Part shown: piece after piece, positions 6,808 through 16,041 of the stretch
How the letters are laid out: every line of letters begins with the position of its first letter
Position numbering within the stretch: position 1 is the stretch's first letter
Source of the DNA: Candidatus Rokuibacteriota bacterium
Lineage (GTDB): Bacteria > Methylomirabilota > Methylomirabilia > Rokubacteriales > DASRDR01
Direction of reading: 5' to 3'
NCBI GenBank assembly: GCA_044866005.1
Contig: JBIOTN010000049.1
Location: forward strand, 1 to 16,041
DNA length: 16,041 bases
Program-made: the position numbers and the translations under genes
Notes under the pieces: generated by a model
Told to the model about the DNA's origin: nothing
Database searches by the model: none
Seen by the model: only the letters and a program-made list of their open reading frames with translations

Positions 6808-7884
6808 CTACGCGAACCGGCGCATCCGCACGTTCTCGATCAGGGCGACGGCGCTCAACGCCGTCAACAGGGCCGAGCCGCCGTAGCTGACCATGGGGAG
6901 CGGAATGCCGACCACGGGGAGCAGGCCGGTGACCATGCCGATGTTCACGAGAGCCTGGCTCACCAGCAGGACGGTGGCGCCCGTGGCGAGCAGGCTGCCG
7001 AGGGTGTCGCGGGCCGTGGCCGCGACCTCGAGGCCACGCAACGCGAGCAGCCCGTAGACGGCGAGCAGCGCCATGGCGCCCAGAAACCCCCACGATTCCG
7101 CGAAGGCGGCGAAGATGAAATCCGTGTGTCGCTCCGGCAGGAAGGCGAGCCGGCTCTGCGTGCCGCCGAAGAGCCCCTTGCCCGCGAACTGTCCGGAGCC
7201 GATGGTGATCTTGGCCTGGATCACGTTCCACGCGCTGCCAAGCGGGTCCCGGAACGGATCGACGTAGACGAGGATCCGCTCGCGCTGATAGTCACGCAGG
7301 GCGAACCAGAAGACCGGAAGCGCGGCCAGGCCGGCGCCCGCCAGCAGGGCGAGATCGCGCCAGCGCGCGCCGCCGACGAAGAGGAGCGCGATCACGACCG
7401 GCACCAGGACCAGCGCGGTGCCGAGGTCGGGCTGCTTGACGATCAGCAGGAAGGCCGGCGCGACCAGGAGCAAGGGGAGCGCGATCCGGTCCCAGCCCGG
7501 CCGGTGCTCCTCGCGGCTCGCGAGGAACTGCGCCACGGTCACGATGAGCACCAGCTTGAACAGCTCCGAGGGCTGGAGCGTCAGCGGCCCCACCGCCAGC
7601 CAGCGCCGCGCCCCCTGCGCGGTCCGGCCGAGCACCAGCACGAAGGCCAGGAGCCCGAGGCCCGCCACGTACCCGAGATACGCCCAGCGGGCCAGAATCC
7701 GGTAATCGATCGAGATGAGAACGGCCGCGCTCACCATGCCGAGGCCGAGCCAGAGGAGCTGGCGCATGAGGAGGCGGGGCACGAGGCTTCCGAGCGTCAG
7801 CAGCCCGGCGCCGATCACGAGGGTGGCCAGGCCGACGAGAAGCCAGTCGAAGTGGAGAAGGAGGCGTCGGTCGATCCGCAACAC
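6808..7884 (-). CDS. rodA: Rod shape-determining protein RodA (SEDS peptidoglycan glycosyltransferase)
   Basis: 'GARRW', 'LQPSELFK', 'KQPDLGT', 'YQRERI', 'FLPERHTDFIF' and 'GIPLPMVSYGGS'. GTG start at 7884 is preferred (avoids overlap with mrdA). Operon context supports the call. Confidence 0.95.
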   Translation of the reverse strand: MLRIDRRLLLHFDWLLVGLATLVIGAGLLTLGSLVPRLLMRQLLWLGLGMVSAAVLISIDYRILARWAYLGYVAGLGLLAFVLVLGRTAQGARRWLAVGPLTLQPSELFKLVLIVTVAQFLASREEHRPGWDRIALPLLLVAPAFLLIVKQPDLGTALVLVPVVIALLFVGGARWRDLALLAGAGLAALPVFWFALRDYQRERILVYVDPFRDPLGSAWNVIQAKITIGSGQFAGKGLFGGTQSRLAFLPERHTDFIFAAFAESWGFLGAMALLAVYGLLALRGLEVAATARDTLGSLLATGATVLLVSQALVNIGMVTGLLPVVGIPLPMVSYGGSALLTALSAVALIENVRMRRFA

Positions 7885-7897
7885 GGAGCGTCCAGCC

Positions 7898-9706
7898 TCA
7901 GCCGGCAACGCCGGCGGCGGCGACCTTCTCGAGGAAGATGGCCTTGAAGATCTCGCGGGCGATGGGTGCCGCCACCTGGCCGCCCAGCCCGGCCCGCTCG
8001 GCGAACACCACGACGACGACGCTCGGGTTCTCCACCGGGGCGAAGGCCGCGAACCAGGCGTTGTCCTGATCGCGCCGCTTGCGATCCGAATCGCTCTTGA
8101 ACTCGTGGGTCTGCGCCGTGCCCGTCTTGCCGGCGATGGCGACGCCGGGCACCTGGGCGCCCTTGCCCGTGCCGTCGTTCACCACGGCCCAGAGCGCCTC
8201 CCGGAGGAACTCGAAGACCACCGGCGACAGCTCGACGCGCCGCTCCACCCTCTCGCGCTCGGCGGCGACCGGGGAGCGGTCCGGGGCCTCGATCCGGCTC
8301 ACCAGTCGAGGCTTCCAGAGCACGCCGGCGTTCGCCACCGCGGTCATCATCCGCGCGACCTGGAGCGGCGTCACCGTGATGAGCCCCTGACCGATGGCGA
8401 GGCTCACGGTGTCCCCGGCGTGCCACTTGTCGCGCAAAACTCGCTTTTTCCAGGCGGGCGACGGCACGAGCCCGTTGCGCTCGCCGACGAGCCCCGTGCC
8501 GGTCGGCTGGCCGAGGCCGAACTCCTCGGCCATGCGGGCGATGCGTTCCGGTCCGACCTTCAGCCCGAGCTGGTAGAAGAAGGTGTTGCAGGAGTGCTTG
8601 ATCGCATCGAAGAGCGTCAGGGCCCCGCGATCGTGGTCCTCCCAGTTGTGGTACGCCCGCCCGCCGAACCACCATTCCTTCGGGCAGGGGAGCCGATCGA
8701 ACGGCGTGATGGCCTGGCTCTGGAGCGCCGCGGCGGCCACGACGATCTTGAAGAGCGAGCCCGGCGCGTACTCGCCTTGGACGGCGCGGTTGAGGAGCGG
8801 GCGCGCCGGGTCCTGGAGGAGCCCGAGCCAGGTCTCCCGGTCGATCGGGCCCGAGAACCGCTCCACCGGAAACGCGGGGTTCGAGACGAACGCCAGCACG
8901 TCCCCGTTGCGCGGGTCGAGGACCACGACCGCGCCGCTCCGCGGGCCCAGCGCTTGCTCCGCGGCCTGCTGGATCCGCCGATCGATCGTCGTGTACACGT
9001 GGCCGCCCGGAAGCGGCTCCTGCCGGTGCAGGACCCGGATGGGTCGGCCGTAGGCGTCCACCTCGGTCTGCTCGGCCCCGTCGCGGCCCCGCAGGTACTG
9101 GTCGTAGAGCCGCTCGAGCCCCGACTGCCCGACGAGCTCGCCGCGGCGGTAGCGCCCGGCGGCCACGTCGGCCTCCCCGACCTCCCGCACGTAGCCGAGC
9201 AGGTGTGCCGCGAAGTGGGTCGAGGGATACGCCCGCTGCGACTCCACGTCGATGGTGACGCCCGGCAGGTCGAGCCGCCACTCTTCGAGCCGGGACACCT
9301 CATCGAGCGTGAGCCCGCGCGAGAGCCGCACCGGCCACGGCGAGTCGGCCGGCACCCGGACGAACCGTTCCCGAAGCTCCGCCACCGGCACGTGGAGCAA
9401 CGTCGCCAGCCGGTCCAGGACGGCGGGCACGTCCGCGGCGTCCCGCGGCACCACGGCGAGCGTGAAGGCCGGACGGTTCTCCACCAGCGGCAGGCCGAAC
9501 CGGTCGAAGAGGATGCCGCGCGGGGCGGTCACCGGCCGGATCCGGATCCGGTTCTTGTCCGAGAGCGCGGCGAGCTGGTCGCCGGTGAAGATCTGGAGGT
9601 AGGCGAGCTGCGCCGCGATCCCGAGGAAGCCGGCGGTCAGCATCACCGCCAGCGCGGTGAGCCGGCGCTGGTGGTCCTGGGGCCGGGGTCGCCTCCTCCG
9701 GCTCAT
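7898..9706 (-). CDS. mrdA: Penicillin-binding protein 2 (class B transpeptidase), 602 aa
   Basis: N-terminal TM anchor, 'APRGILFDR', SxxK 'GSLFK', SxN 'SCN' and KTG 'GKTGTAQ'. ATG at 9706; the track extension to 9973 overlaps mreD and is low-complexity. Confidence 0.95.
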   Translation of the reverse strand: MSRRRRPRPQDHQRRLTALAVMLTAGFLGIAAQLAYLQIFTGDQLAALSDKNRIRIRPVTAPRGILFDRFGLPLVENRPAFTLAVVPRDAADVPAVLDRLATLLHVPVAELRERFVRVPADSPWPVRLSRGLTLDEVSRLEEWRLDLPGVTIDVESQRAYPSTHFAAHLLGYVREVGEADVAAGRYRRGELVGQSGLERLYDQYLRGRDGAEQTEVDAYGRPIRVLHRQEPLPGGHVYTTIDRRIQQAAEQALGPRSGAVVVLDPRNGDVLAFVSNPAFPVERFSGPIDRETWLGLLQDPARPLLNRAVQGEYAPGSLFKIVVAAAALQSQAITPFDRLPCPKEWWFGGRAYHNWEDHDRGALTLFDAIKHSCNTFFYQLGLKVGPERIARMAEEFGLGQPTGTGLVGERNGLVPSPAWKKRVLRDKWHAGDTVSLAIGQGLITVTPLQVARMMTAVANAGVLWKPRLVSRIEAPDRSPVAAERERVERRVELSPVVFEFLREALWAVVNDGTGKGAQVPGVAIAGKTGTAQTHEFKSDSDRKRRDQDNAWFAAFAPVENPSVVVVVFAERAGLGGQVAAPIAREIFKAIFLEKVAAAGVAG

Positions 9707-9938
9707 GCGCGGGCCCGATTGACCCGAAGTCCCATCGGGCCGACGTGGTACCGGGACGAGGCCCGGGCACCGGTAGGACGCAGGGAGGAGCCGGGCCGAG
9801 GCGTATGTCGCATACGTTGAGGCGCGCCGACGACCCCAGAGGCCGGGCCGGCCGCGAGGCGAGAGGCCGAGCGCGGCCCGGCCGTGATGCAGGACGACCC
9901 GGGGCGACGGGCATCGGGCCGGTAACTCATGCGCGGGC
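9702..9938. mobile_element. Putative 224-bp insertion (MITE/REP-like) flanked by a 13-bp direct repeat at the mreD/mrdA junction
   Basis: CTCATGCGCGGGC occurs at 9702-9714 and 9926-9938. Internal palindrome CGTATG-tcg-CATACG (9802-9816). GGCCCGAT (9712-9719) is inverted relative to ATCGGGCC (9734-9741 and 9913-9920). No transposase is present. Confidence 0.55.
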
Positions 9939-10403
9939 GCGGAGCGGCGGCAGGGCCAGGACGGCCGCCGCAAGGATGCCGTTGTAGGCGGCCTGCGGCG
10001 CGATCACGCTCGCGAACAGCTCGCCGAAGGCCGCGGGGTACTGGAAGAGCTGCAGCACGGCGAAGCGCAGCATGCCGTCCGCCAGCGTGCCGACGACCGC
10101 AGCCGCGACCGGCACCAGCGGGTTCGAGATCAGCCAGAGGTTCGGCAGGTCGCCGGCGACGAAGCCGACGATCGCCTTGGACAGCGCCTGGAGGCCGAGG
10201 GGCCCGCCGGCCACGACGTCCTGCGCCAGGCCGAGCGCAAAGCCGGTGAGGCAGCCCACCTCCGGCCCACGGCGGAGGGCGAGCAGCACGACGAGAACGA
10301 GGGGGACGTCCGGGACCACGCCCATGAAGCCGACGACCGGCGCGATCGTGCTCTGCAGCAGCGTCCCGCCGCCGATCGCCAGGAAGTACAGCGGCAGCCG
10401 CAC
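9927..10403 (-). CDS. mreD: Rod shape-determining protein MreD
   Basis: 158-aa hydrophobic protein with 'PDVPLVLVV', 'GFALGLAQDV' and 'GPLGLQAL', located between mreC and mrdA. Confidence 0.9.
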   Translation of the reverse strand: MRLPLYFLAIGGGTLLQSTIAPVVGFMGVVPDVPLVLVVLLALRRGPEVGCLTGFALGLAQDVVAGGPLGLQALSKAIVGFVAGDLPNLWLISNPLVPVAAAVVGTLADGMLRFAVLQLFQYPAAFGELFASVIAPQAAYNGILAAAVLALPPLRARA

Positions 10404-10406
10404 GCG

Positions 10407-11282
10407 CTACTCCGCGCCGGCCCGGGCGCCGGCCCCGGGGACGGGGAAGACCGGGCCCAGGTCCTCGTCCACTCCGCGGGGCAGGACCAGGACCTCTTCC
10501 ACGGTCCCGAGATCCACCGCCGGCTCGAGCTCGGCGATCCGGAATAGGCTCGTCGGCGTATACAGGTGGGTGACCCGGCCAAGCGGCAGCCCCTTGGGGA
10601 AGAGGCCGCCGATCCCCGACGTGAAGACAAAATCCCCGACGGCGATGCCTTCCTCCCGCGCGGCGAGCTTGAGGCGCAGCCGCCCGCCGGCGACGCCCTC
10701 GACCAGGCCCTGCGCGCGCGTCCGGCTGACCAGGCCCCCGATGCTCGAGGCGGGATCGGTCAGGAGCTGGACCACCGCCGAGTCGCGCCGGACGTCGAGC
10801 AGGCGTCCGACTACCCCCTGCGTCACGATCACCGGCGCGAGGCGCTCCAGCCCGTCAGCGCGGCCGCGGTTGATGGTCAGCGAGCGGGTGAACCCGTTCC
10901 ACTCCCGGGCCAGGATCTCCCCGCCGACCGTCCGGACGGCGAGGCGGTCGCGCAGCTCGAGGAGGGCCCGCAGGCGACCGTTCTCCACCTCGAGCTCGTC
11001 CTGGCGGATCTGGCGCAGGCGGAGGGCCGTGACCTCGGCACGCAGCCGCTCGGCATCGGACCGCAAGGCCTTCCACTCGAGATAGGTGGTCCAGAGCCCC
11101 GTCGCGCCCCGATGCACGCGGGCGAAGACGGTCTGGATGGGGGCGGTGACGGCCGCGACGCCCTCGACGAGCCACTGGGCGTCGGCGGAGCGACCGTGCT
11201 GGAGGCCGAGGAGGGCGAAGGCCGCGAGGAGCACGAGCAACAGCCGTGAGTACTTCCGGTACCGGACCCAGAACTCGAGCAT
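10407..11282 (-). CDS. mreC: Rod shape-determining protein MreC
   Basis: N-terminal TM, coiled coil 'ENGRLRALL', 'INRGRADG', 'GVVGR' and 'TSGIGGLFPKGLPLGRV'. Confidence 0.95.
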   Translation of the reverse strand: MLEFWVRYRKYSRLLLVLLAAFALLGLQHGRSADAQWLVEGVAAVTAPIQTVFARVHRGATGLWTTYLEWKALRSDAERLRAEVTALRLRQIRQDELEVENGRLRALLELRDRLAVRTVGGEILAREWNGFTRSLTINRGRADGLERLAPVIVTQGVVGRLLDVRRDSAVVQLLTDPASSIGGLVSRTRAQGLVEGVAGGRLRLKLAAREEGIAVGDFVFTSGIGGLFPKGLPLGRVTHLYTPTSLFRIAELEPAVDLGTVEEVLVLPRGVDEDLGPVFPVPGAGARAGAE

Positions 11283-11299
11283 GCCGAGCCCCCCGGGGC

Positions 11300-12382
<1,083 letters not shown>

Positions 12383-12390
12383 TCACTCGC

Positions 12391-12420
12391 ACAATAGCAC
12401 AGGCGTCCGCCCACCGACAA
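12391..12420 (-). promoter_or_regulatory. Putative sigma70 promoter of the mre operon
   Basis: Minus strand reads TTGTCG (12420-12415), N18, TATTGT (12396-12391) with an extended TGn before the -10. It lies in a locally AT-richer intergenic region about 60 nt upstream of mreB. Confidence 0.45.
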
Positions 12421-12597
12421 GGCATCCGAGAGCCCCGAAAACGCTTATGGGAACGCCCACCTAGAGCCAAGAGCCAAGGCCCTGAAGGGAAGCATTTAGA
12501 GTGGCCCGGCCCGGAGGTGAGGGCGCCAGCACGCGGGGCGGAAGGGCCGTGCTCGGGCGGGGAAGGCCGACCGGTTTCCGGCCCGGGACGAGATTCC

Positions 12598-13098
12598 TCA
12601 GGGCCGGCCGAGACGGCGCCGGGTGTAGGCGACCAGACCGCCCGCCGCCATCAGCTCCCGCATGAACGGCGGGACCGGAGCGGCCTGGAAGGTCAGGCCG
12701 GCGGTCGTATCGGTGATGCGCCCCGTGGCCAGCTCCACGTCCATCTCGTCGCCCTGGCGGATCGCGCCCGCGGCGGCGGGGCACTCCAGGATGGGCAGGC
12801 CGATGTTGACCGCGTTGCGGAGGAAGATGCGGGCGAAGGAGGCGGCGATGACGCAGGCGATGCCGAAGGCCTTGATCGCGGCGGGCGCCGTCTCGCGGGA
12901 GGAGCCGCAGCCGAAGTTCTGGCCGGCCACGATCAGATCCCCGGCGCGCGCCTTCCGCACGAATTCGGGATCGATGCCCTCCATGACGTGGAGCGCGAGC
13001 GTCTCCGGCTCCCGGATCGTCAGGTACTTGCCCGGCGTGATGACGTCCGTGTTGACGTCGTCACCGAAGGTGAAGGCGCGGCCGCGGATCCGTTCCAC
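12598..13098 (-). CDS. leuD: 3-isopropylmalate dehydratase / homoaconitase small subunit (LeuD/HacB/DmdB type 2), 166 aa
   Basis: 'FGDDVNTDVITPGKYL', 'GQNFGCGSSRE' and 'SFARIFLRNAVNIGLP'. GTG start at 13098. Substrate specificity is not resolvable by eye. Confidence 0.85.
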   Translation of the reverse strand: MERIRGRAFTFGDDVNTDVITPGKYLTIREPETLALHVMEGIDPEFVRKARAGDLIVAGQNFGCGSSRETAPAAIKAFGIACVIAASFARIFLRNAVNIGLPILECPAAAGAIRQGDEMDVELATGRITDTTAGLTFQAAPVPPFMRELMAAGGLVAYTRRRLGRP

Positions 13099-13127
13099 CC
13101 CGTCACCCCGGCGCCTGGCCGCGGCGC

Positions 13128-14408
13128 TCAGCGCGCCCCCGCCGGTGCCGAGACCTCCTCCGGCGACGCGATGGCGCCCTTCACGGCGCTGGCCGCCGCG
13201 ACGGCAGGGTTGGCGAGGTAGACCTTCGCCGTCGGATGGCCCATCCGGCCGACGAAGTTCCGGTTGGTCGTCGACAGGCAGACCTCGTCCGCCGCCAGGA
13301 TGCCCATGTGGCCGCCGAAGCAGGCGCCGCAGGTCGGCGTGGATACCGCGGCCCCGGCCTCGACGAAGACCTCGAGCAGCCCTTCCCGGAGCGCCTGCGC
13401 GTAGATCCACTGGCTGGCGGGGATGACGATCATGCGGGTGTCGGGATGGACCTTCTTGCCGCGCAGGACCTCGGCGGCGACCCGGAGGTCCTCGAGCTTG
13501 CCGTTCGTACACGAGCCCAGGAAGACCTGGTCGAGCGCCGTGCCCGCGACCTCTTCCACGGGCGCGACGTTGTCGGGCGAGAAGGGTTTCGCCACCTGCG
13601 GGCGAAGCGTCCCGACGTCCAGCTCGTGGATCTCCGCATAGCGGGCGTCGGGGTCCGAGGCGTAGAGCCGCCACGGCCGCTTCGCGCGCTCGCGCACGTA
13701 GTCGATCGTCACCGCGTCGGGCGCGATGATCCCCGACTTGGCGCCGGCCTCGATTGCCATGTTGCAGATGGTGAGCCGCTCCGACATGGACAGAGTCGCG
13801 ATCGTCGGGCCGGCGAACTCCATCGCCCGATACAGGGCGCCGTCGATCCCGATCCGCCCGATGGTGGCCAGGATCAGATCCTTCCCCATCACCCACCGCG
13901 GAGGCGTGCCGTGGTAGACGAACTTCTGGGAGGCCGGCACCCGCAGCCAGACCTCGCCGAGCGCGAGCACCGAGGCGAGATCGGTCGATCCGACGCCCGT
14001 GGCGAACGCCCCGAGCGCCCCGTTGGTACACGAGTGCGAGTCGCCGCCGACCATCAGGTCGCCGGGGACGACGAGGCCCTGCTCGGGCAGGATCGTGTGG
14101 GCGATCCCTGTCCGGCCCTCGTCGAAGAAGTGGCGGATCCCCTGCGCCCGCACCCACTGGCGCACGGGCTGGAGCAGGTTTGCGGCCTGGATGTCCTTGG
14201 TCGGGACGAAATGGTCCAGGACGATCGCCACGCGCTCGGGGTCGAAGACCCGCGTCGCGCCCATCGCCCGCCAGACGGGCAACGCCCCCGCCGTCGAGCC
14301 GTCGTTCCCCATCACCACGTCCACCCTGGCGATGATGAACTCCCCCGGCTCGACGACGGCCCTCCCGGCGTGGGCCGCCAAGAGCTTCTCCGTGAGGGTC
14401 ATGCCCAT
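13128..14408 (-). CDS. leuC: 3-isopropylmalate dehydratase / homoaconitase large subunit (LeuC/HacA/DmdA type 2), 426 aa
   Basis: 'MGMTLTEKLL', 'LDHF', 'GDSHSCT', [4Fe-4S] ligands 'GSCTN' and 'CGACFG', and 'STTNRNFVGRMG'. ATG start at 14408. Confidence 0.88.
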   Translation of the reverse strand: MGMTLTEKLLAAHAGRAVVEPGEFIIARVDVVMGNDGSTAGALPVWRAMGATRVFDPERVAIVLDHFVPTKDIQAANLLQPVRQWVRAQGIRHFFDEGRTGIAHTILPEQGLVVPGDLMVGGDSHSCTNGALGAFATGVGSTDLASVLALGEVWLRVPASQKFVYHGTPPRWVMGKDLILATIGRIGIDGALYRAMEFAGPTIATLSMSERLTICNMAIEAGAKSGIIAPDAVTIDYVRERAKRPWRLYASDPDARYAEIHELDVGTLRPQVAKPFSPDNVAPVEEVAGTALDQVFLGSCTNGKLEDLRVAAEVLRGKKVHPDTRMIVIPASQWIYAQALREGLLEVFVEAGAAVSTPTCGACFGGHMGILAADEVCLSTTNRNFVGRMGHPTAKVYLANPAVAAASAVKGAIASPEEVSAPAGAR

Positions 14409-14415
14409 CACGGCG

Positions 14416-14444
14416 AGTATGGCGAAAGGCTCTCCGGGCGTCAA
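14416..14444 (-). promoter_or_regulatory. Sigma70-type promoter, probably producing a leaderless leuC mRNA
   Basis: TTGACG (14444-14439), 17 nt, CATACT (14421-14416). The -10 ends 7 nt before the ATG at 14408, and no Shine-Dalgarno is visible. Confidence 0.65.
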
Positions 14445-14734
14445 CGCGGCGGCACTCCTCCCGCCCCGGGTCGCCCGGCCGCAGCGCGGTCGCCGGAATC
14501 CCGGCGCCCGTCTCGTCGACCAACTCGCTGGCCGGCGCGAGCGCGAGGGCGTGGCGCCCGTACGGCTCGTGGGTCATCCCGACGCGGCCGGCCGCCGGGT
14601 TCAGCCACGACCGACGCTCGGAAAATCAGGGCGTTGGCTGGGGGGTGCCGGACCTTCGCCGGCCGCAGCGCCGACAAATCGGCTGCCGGAGACGCCCGAC
14701 GCCCGCCGCGGGGACCCGCGCGCGGGGTTCCGCC

Positions 14735-14775
14735 TTGACAGCAGCCGGCCCGCAGACAATTCTGGCAACCGGGAG
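14735..14775 (+). promoter_or_regulatory. Putative sigma70 promoter and RBS of the TPR-EthD-TPR unit
   Basis: Perfect TTGACA (14735-14740); AATTCT at 17-nt spacing (14758-14763, weak -10); GGGAG (14771-14775) before the ATG at 14782. Confidence 0.5.
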
Positions 14776-14781
14776 TCCCGC

Positions 14782-15111
14782 ATGCCCGACGCCGACCGCA
14801 TCACGGAGTTCCAGGAAGTGGTCGAGCTGATGCCGGACGATCCGGTCGTCCGGTTCGGCCTGGCAGGGGCATACCTGGATGCGGGACGGCCCGCCGAGGC
14901 CGTGGCGGAGTACGAGGTGACGATCCGGCTCAAGCCGGACTACTCGGCGGCGCACCGAGGGCTCGCCCGGGCCCTGGAAAAGGCGGGACGGCTCGTCGAG
15001 GCCAAGGCCGCTTACGCGCGCGCCATCGAGGTCGCCAGCCTCACGGGCGATCTACAGACGAAGAAAGAAGCCGAGGTCTTCCTCCGGCGGCTCGAGAAGG
15101 CCGGCCACTGA
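14782..15111 (+). CDS. Small tetratricopeptide-repeat protein (109 aa)
   Basis: TPR patterns 'PDDPVVRFGLAGAYLDAGRPAEAVAEYEVTIRLKPDYSAAHRGLARALEKAG'. ATG at 14782 with RBS. It is the C-terminal part of the 13999..15111 track ORF. Confidence 0.85.
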   Translation: MPDADRITEFQEVVELMPDDPVVRFGLAGAYLDAGRPAEAVAEYEVTIRLKPDYSAAHRGLARALEKAGRLVEAKAAYARAIEVASLTGDLQTKKEAEVFLRRLEKAGH

Positions 15112-15126
15112 CGGAAGGAGGCGCAC

Positions 15127-15441
15127 ATGGTCCGCGTGTCCGTGCTCTATCCTCACCGGGACGGTGCTCGCTTCGACCACGCCTACTACGCCCAGAAGCA
15201 CATGCCGATGGTGGGCGACCGGCTGAAACGCTTCGGCCTCGTCCGTTACGAGATCGACAGGGGCATCGCGGGCGGCGCGCCCGGCGCGCCAGCCCCCTTC
15301 GTCGCCGCGTGCCACCTCTACTTCAACTCGGCCGACGATTTTCAGAAAGGGATCGCCGCGCAGGGAAAGGAGCTCATGGCGGACGTGCCGAACTACACGA
15401 ACATCACCCCTCAGGTGCAGCTCAGCGAGATCGTCGGCTGA
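15127..15441 (+). CDS. EthD family protein (dimeric alpha/beta barrel)
   Basis: 'VSVLYP', 'FDHAYYAQKHMPMV' and 'LMADVPNYTNITP'. Strong AAGGAGG RBS. Confidence 0.9.
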   Translation: MVRVSVLYPHRDGARFDHAYYAQKHMPMVGDRLKRFGLVRYEIDRGIAGGAPGAPAPFVAACHLYFNSADDFQKGIAAQGKELMADVPNYTNITPQVQLSEIVG

Positions 15442-15458
15442 GGGCGGCCGGCGCAGCG

Positions 15459-15944
15459 ATGGACGAGGCGACCGCGCGGGAGCAGGCCGAGCGCTACTTC
15501 CTGAAAGCCCACCAGGCCCAGACGCACGGCGACCTCGACCGGGCCATCGCCCTCTACCGCCGGTCGATCGCGTGCCTCCCCACCGCCGAGGCCCACACCT
15601 TCCTGGCCTGGACGCTCAGCTTCAGGGGCGATTACGACGCCGCCATCCGGGAGTGTGAGCGCGCGATCGAGGTCGACCCCGACTTCGGCAACCCCTACAA
15701 CGACATCGGCTCCTACCTGATCAAGCTCGGCCGGCACGAGGACGCGATTCCCTGGCTCCGCAAGGCGATGACCGCCAAGCGCTACGACCCGCGTCACTAC
15801 CCGCACGCGAACCTCGCCCGCGTCTACGCCAAGCAGGGCAAGTTCTACGACGCCATTGCCGAGCTCGAGCGCGCCCTCGAGCTGGCGCCCGACTACAAGC
15901 CGGCGCGCGCGGAGCTCCACCGCCTCGTCGCCCTCCTGAACTGA
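15459..15944 (+). CDS. Tetratricopeptide-repeat protein (161 aa)
   Basis: About four TPR units, e.g. 'PTAEAHTFLAWTLSFRGDYDAAIRECERAIEVDPDFGNPYNDIGSYL'. ATG at 15459, 17 nt after the EthD stop. Confidence 0.88.
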   Translation: MDEATAREQAERYFLKAHQAQTHGDLDRAIALYRRSIACLPTAEAHTFLAWTLSFRGDYDAAIRECERAIEVDPDFGNPYNDIGSYLIKLGRHEDAIPWLRKAMTAKRYDPRHYPHANLARVYAKQGKFYDAIAELERALELAPDYKPARAELHRLVALLN

Positions 15945-15967
15945 TTCCGGGTATCCCGTTCACGGCC

Positions 15968-16041
15968 GGGGGAGGCAGGCCCGATGCCGTCGCCGCAGGG
16001 CGACGGCCGCGGCTTCGCCGCGAGGGCCGTCGGAGGGGGGC
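15968..16041. repeat. REP/MITE-like structured repeat, right copy (truncated at window end)
   Basis: The reverse complement matches 3-76 at 66/74 positions with the same two hairpins. It starts 23 nt after the TPR stop and ends in TCGGAGGGGGGC. Confidence 0.85.

Noticed and set aside
585..9820. Long plus-strand ORFs (585..2762, 2750..4498, 5220..6890, 6589..7947, 7715..9820)
   Set aside because: They are antisense shadows of real minus-strand genes, expected at this GC content, with no recognisable motifs.
12598..14577. 659-aa ORF suggesting a LeuC-LeuD fusion or frameshift
   Set aside because: LeuC is complete in its own frame with a stop at 13128. LeuD similarity starts at GTG 13098, and the rest is off-frame.
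13999..15111. 370-aa plus-strand ORF
   Set aside because: Only the last 109 aa are TPR-like and have their own RBS and promoter. The remainder is antisense to leuC or intergenic.

Overview
Very GC-rich bacterial DNA. The gene content and repeat style suggest Candidatus Rokubacteria/Methylomirabilota or a similar lineage, but this is inference only. Minus strand, right to left: a type-2 LeuC/HacA-LeuD/HacB isomerase pair from a probable leaderless sigma70 promoter; the conserved mreB-mreC-mreD-mrdA-rodA-rng operon; and a tightly coupled four-gene unit. That unit encodes a DUF2182 Met/Cys-rich membrane protein, a 522-aa uncharacterised membrane protein, a MIO-dependent histidine ammonia-lyase-like enzyme and a tandem DUF2889 protein. 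On the plus strand at the right end is a TPR-EthD-TPR trio. The main finding is the 522-aa protein. It carries two DxxWH...PxH motifs with exactly the ligand spacing of the CuC and CuD sites of PmoC/AmoC. It also has a weakly PmoA-like C-terminus and a secreted YtkA-like N-terminal domain starting Ser-His, so it is a candidate single-chain copper-membrane-monooxygenase-like enzyme. Non-coding findings are a structured REP/MITE-like repeat family (inverted copies at both window ends with compensatory base changes, plus an internal copy) and a 224-bp insertion with a 13-bp duplication at the mreD/mrdA junction. All family calls come from motif recognition by eye; no database search was run.
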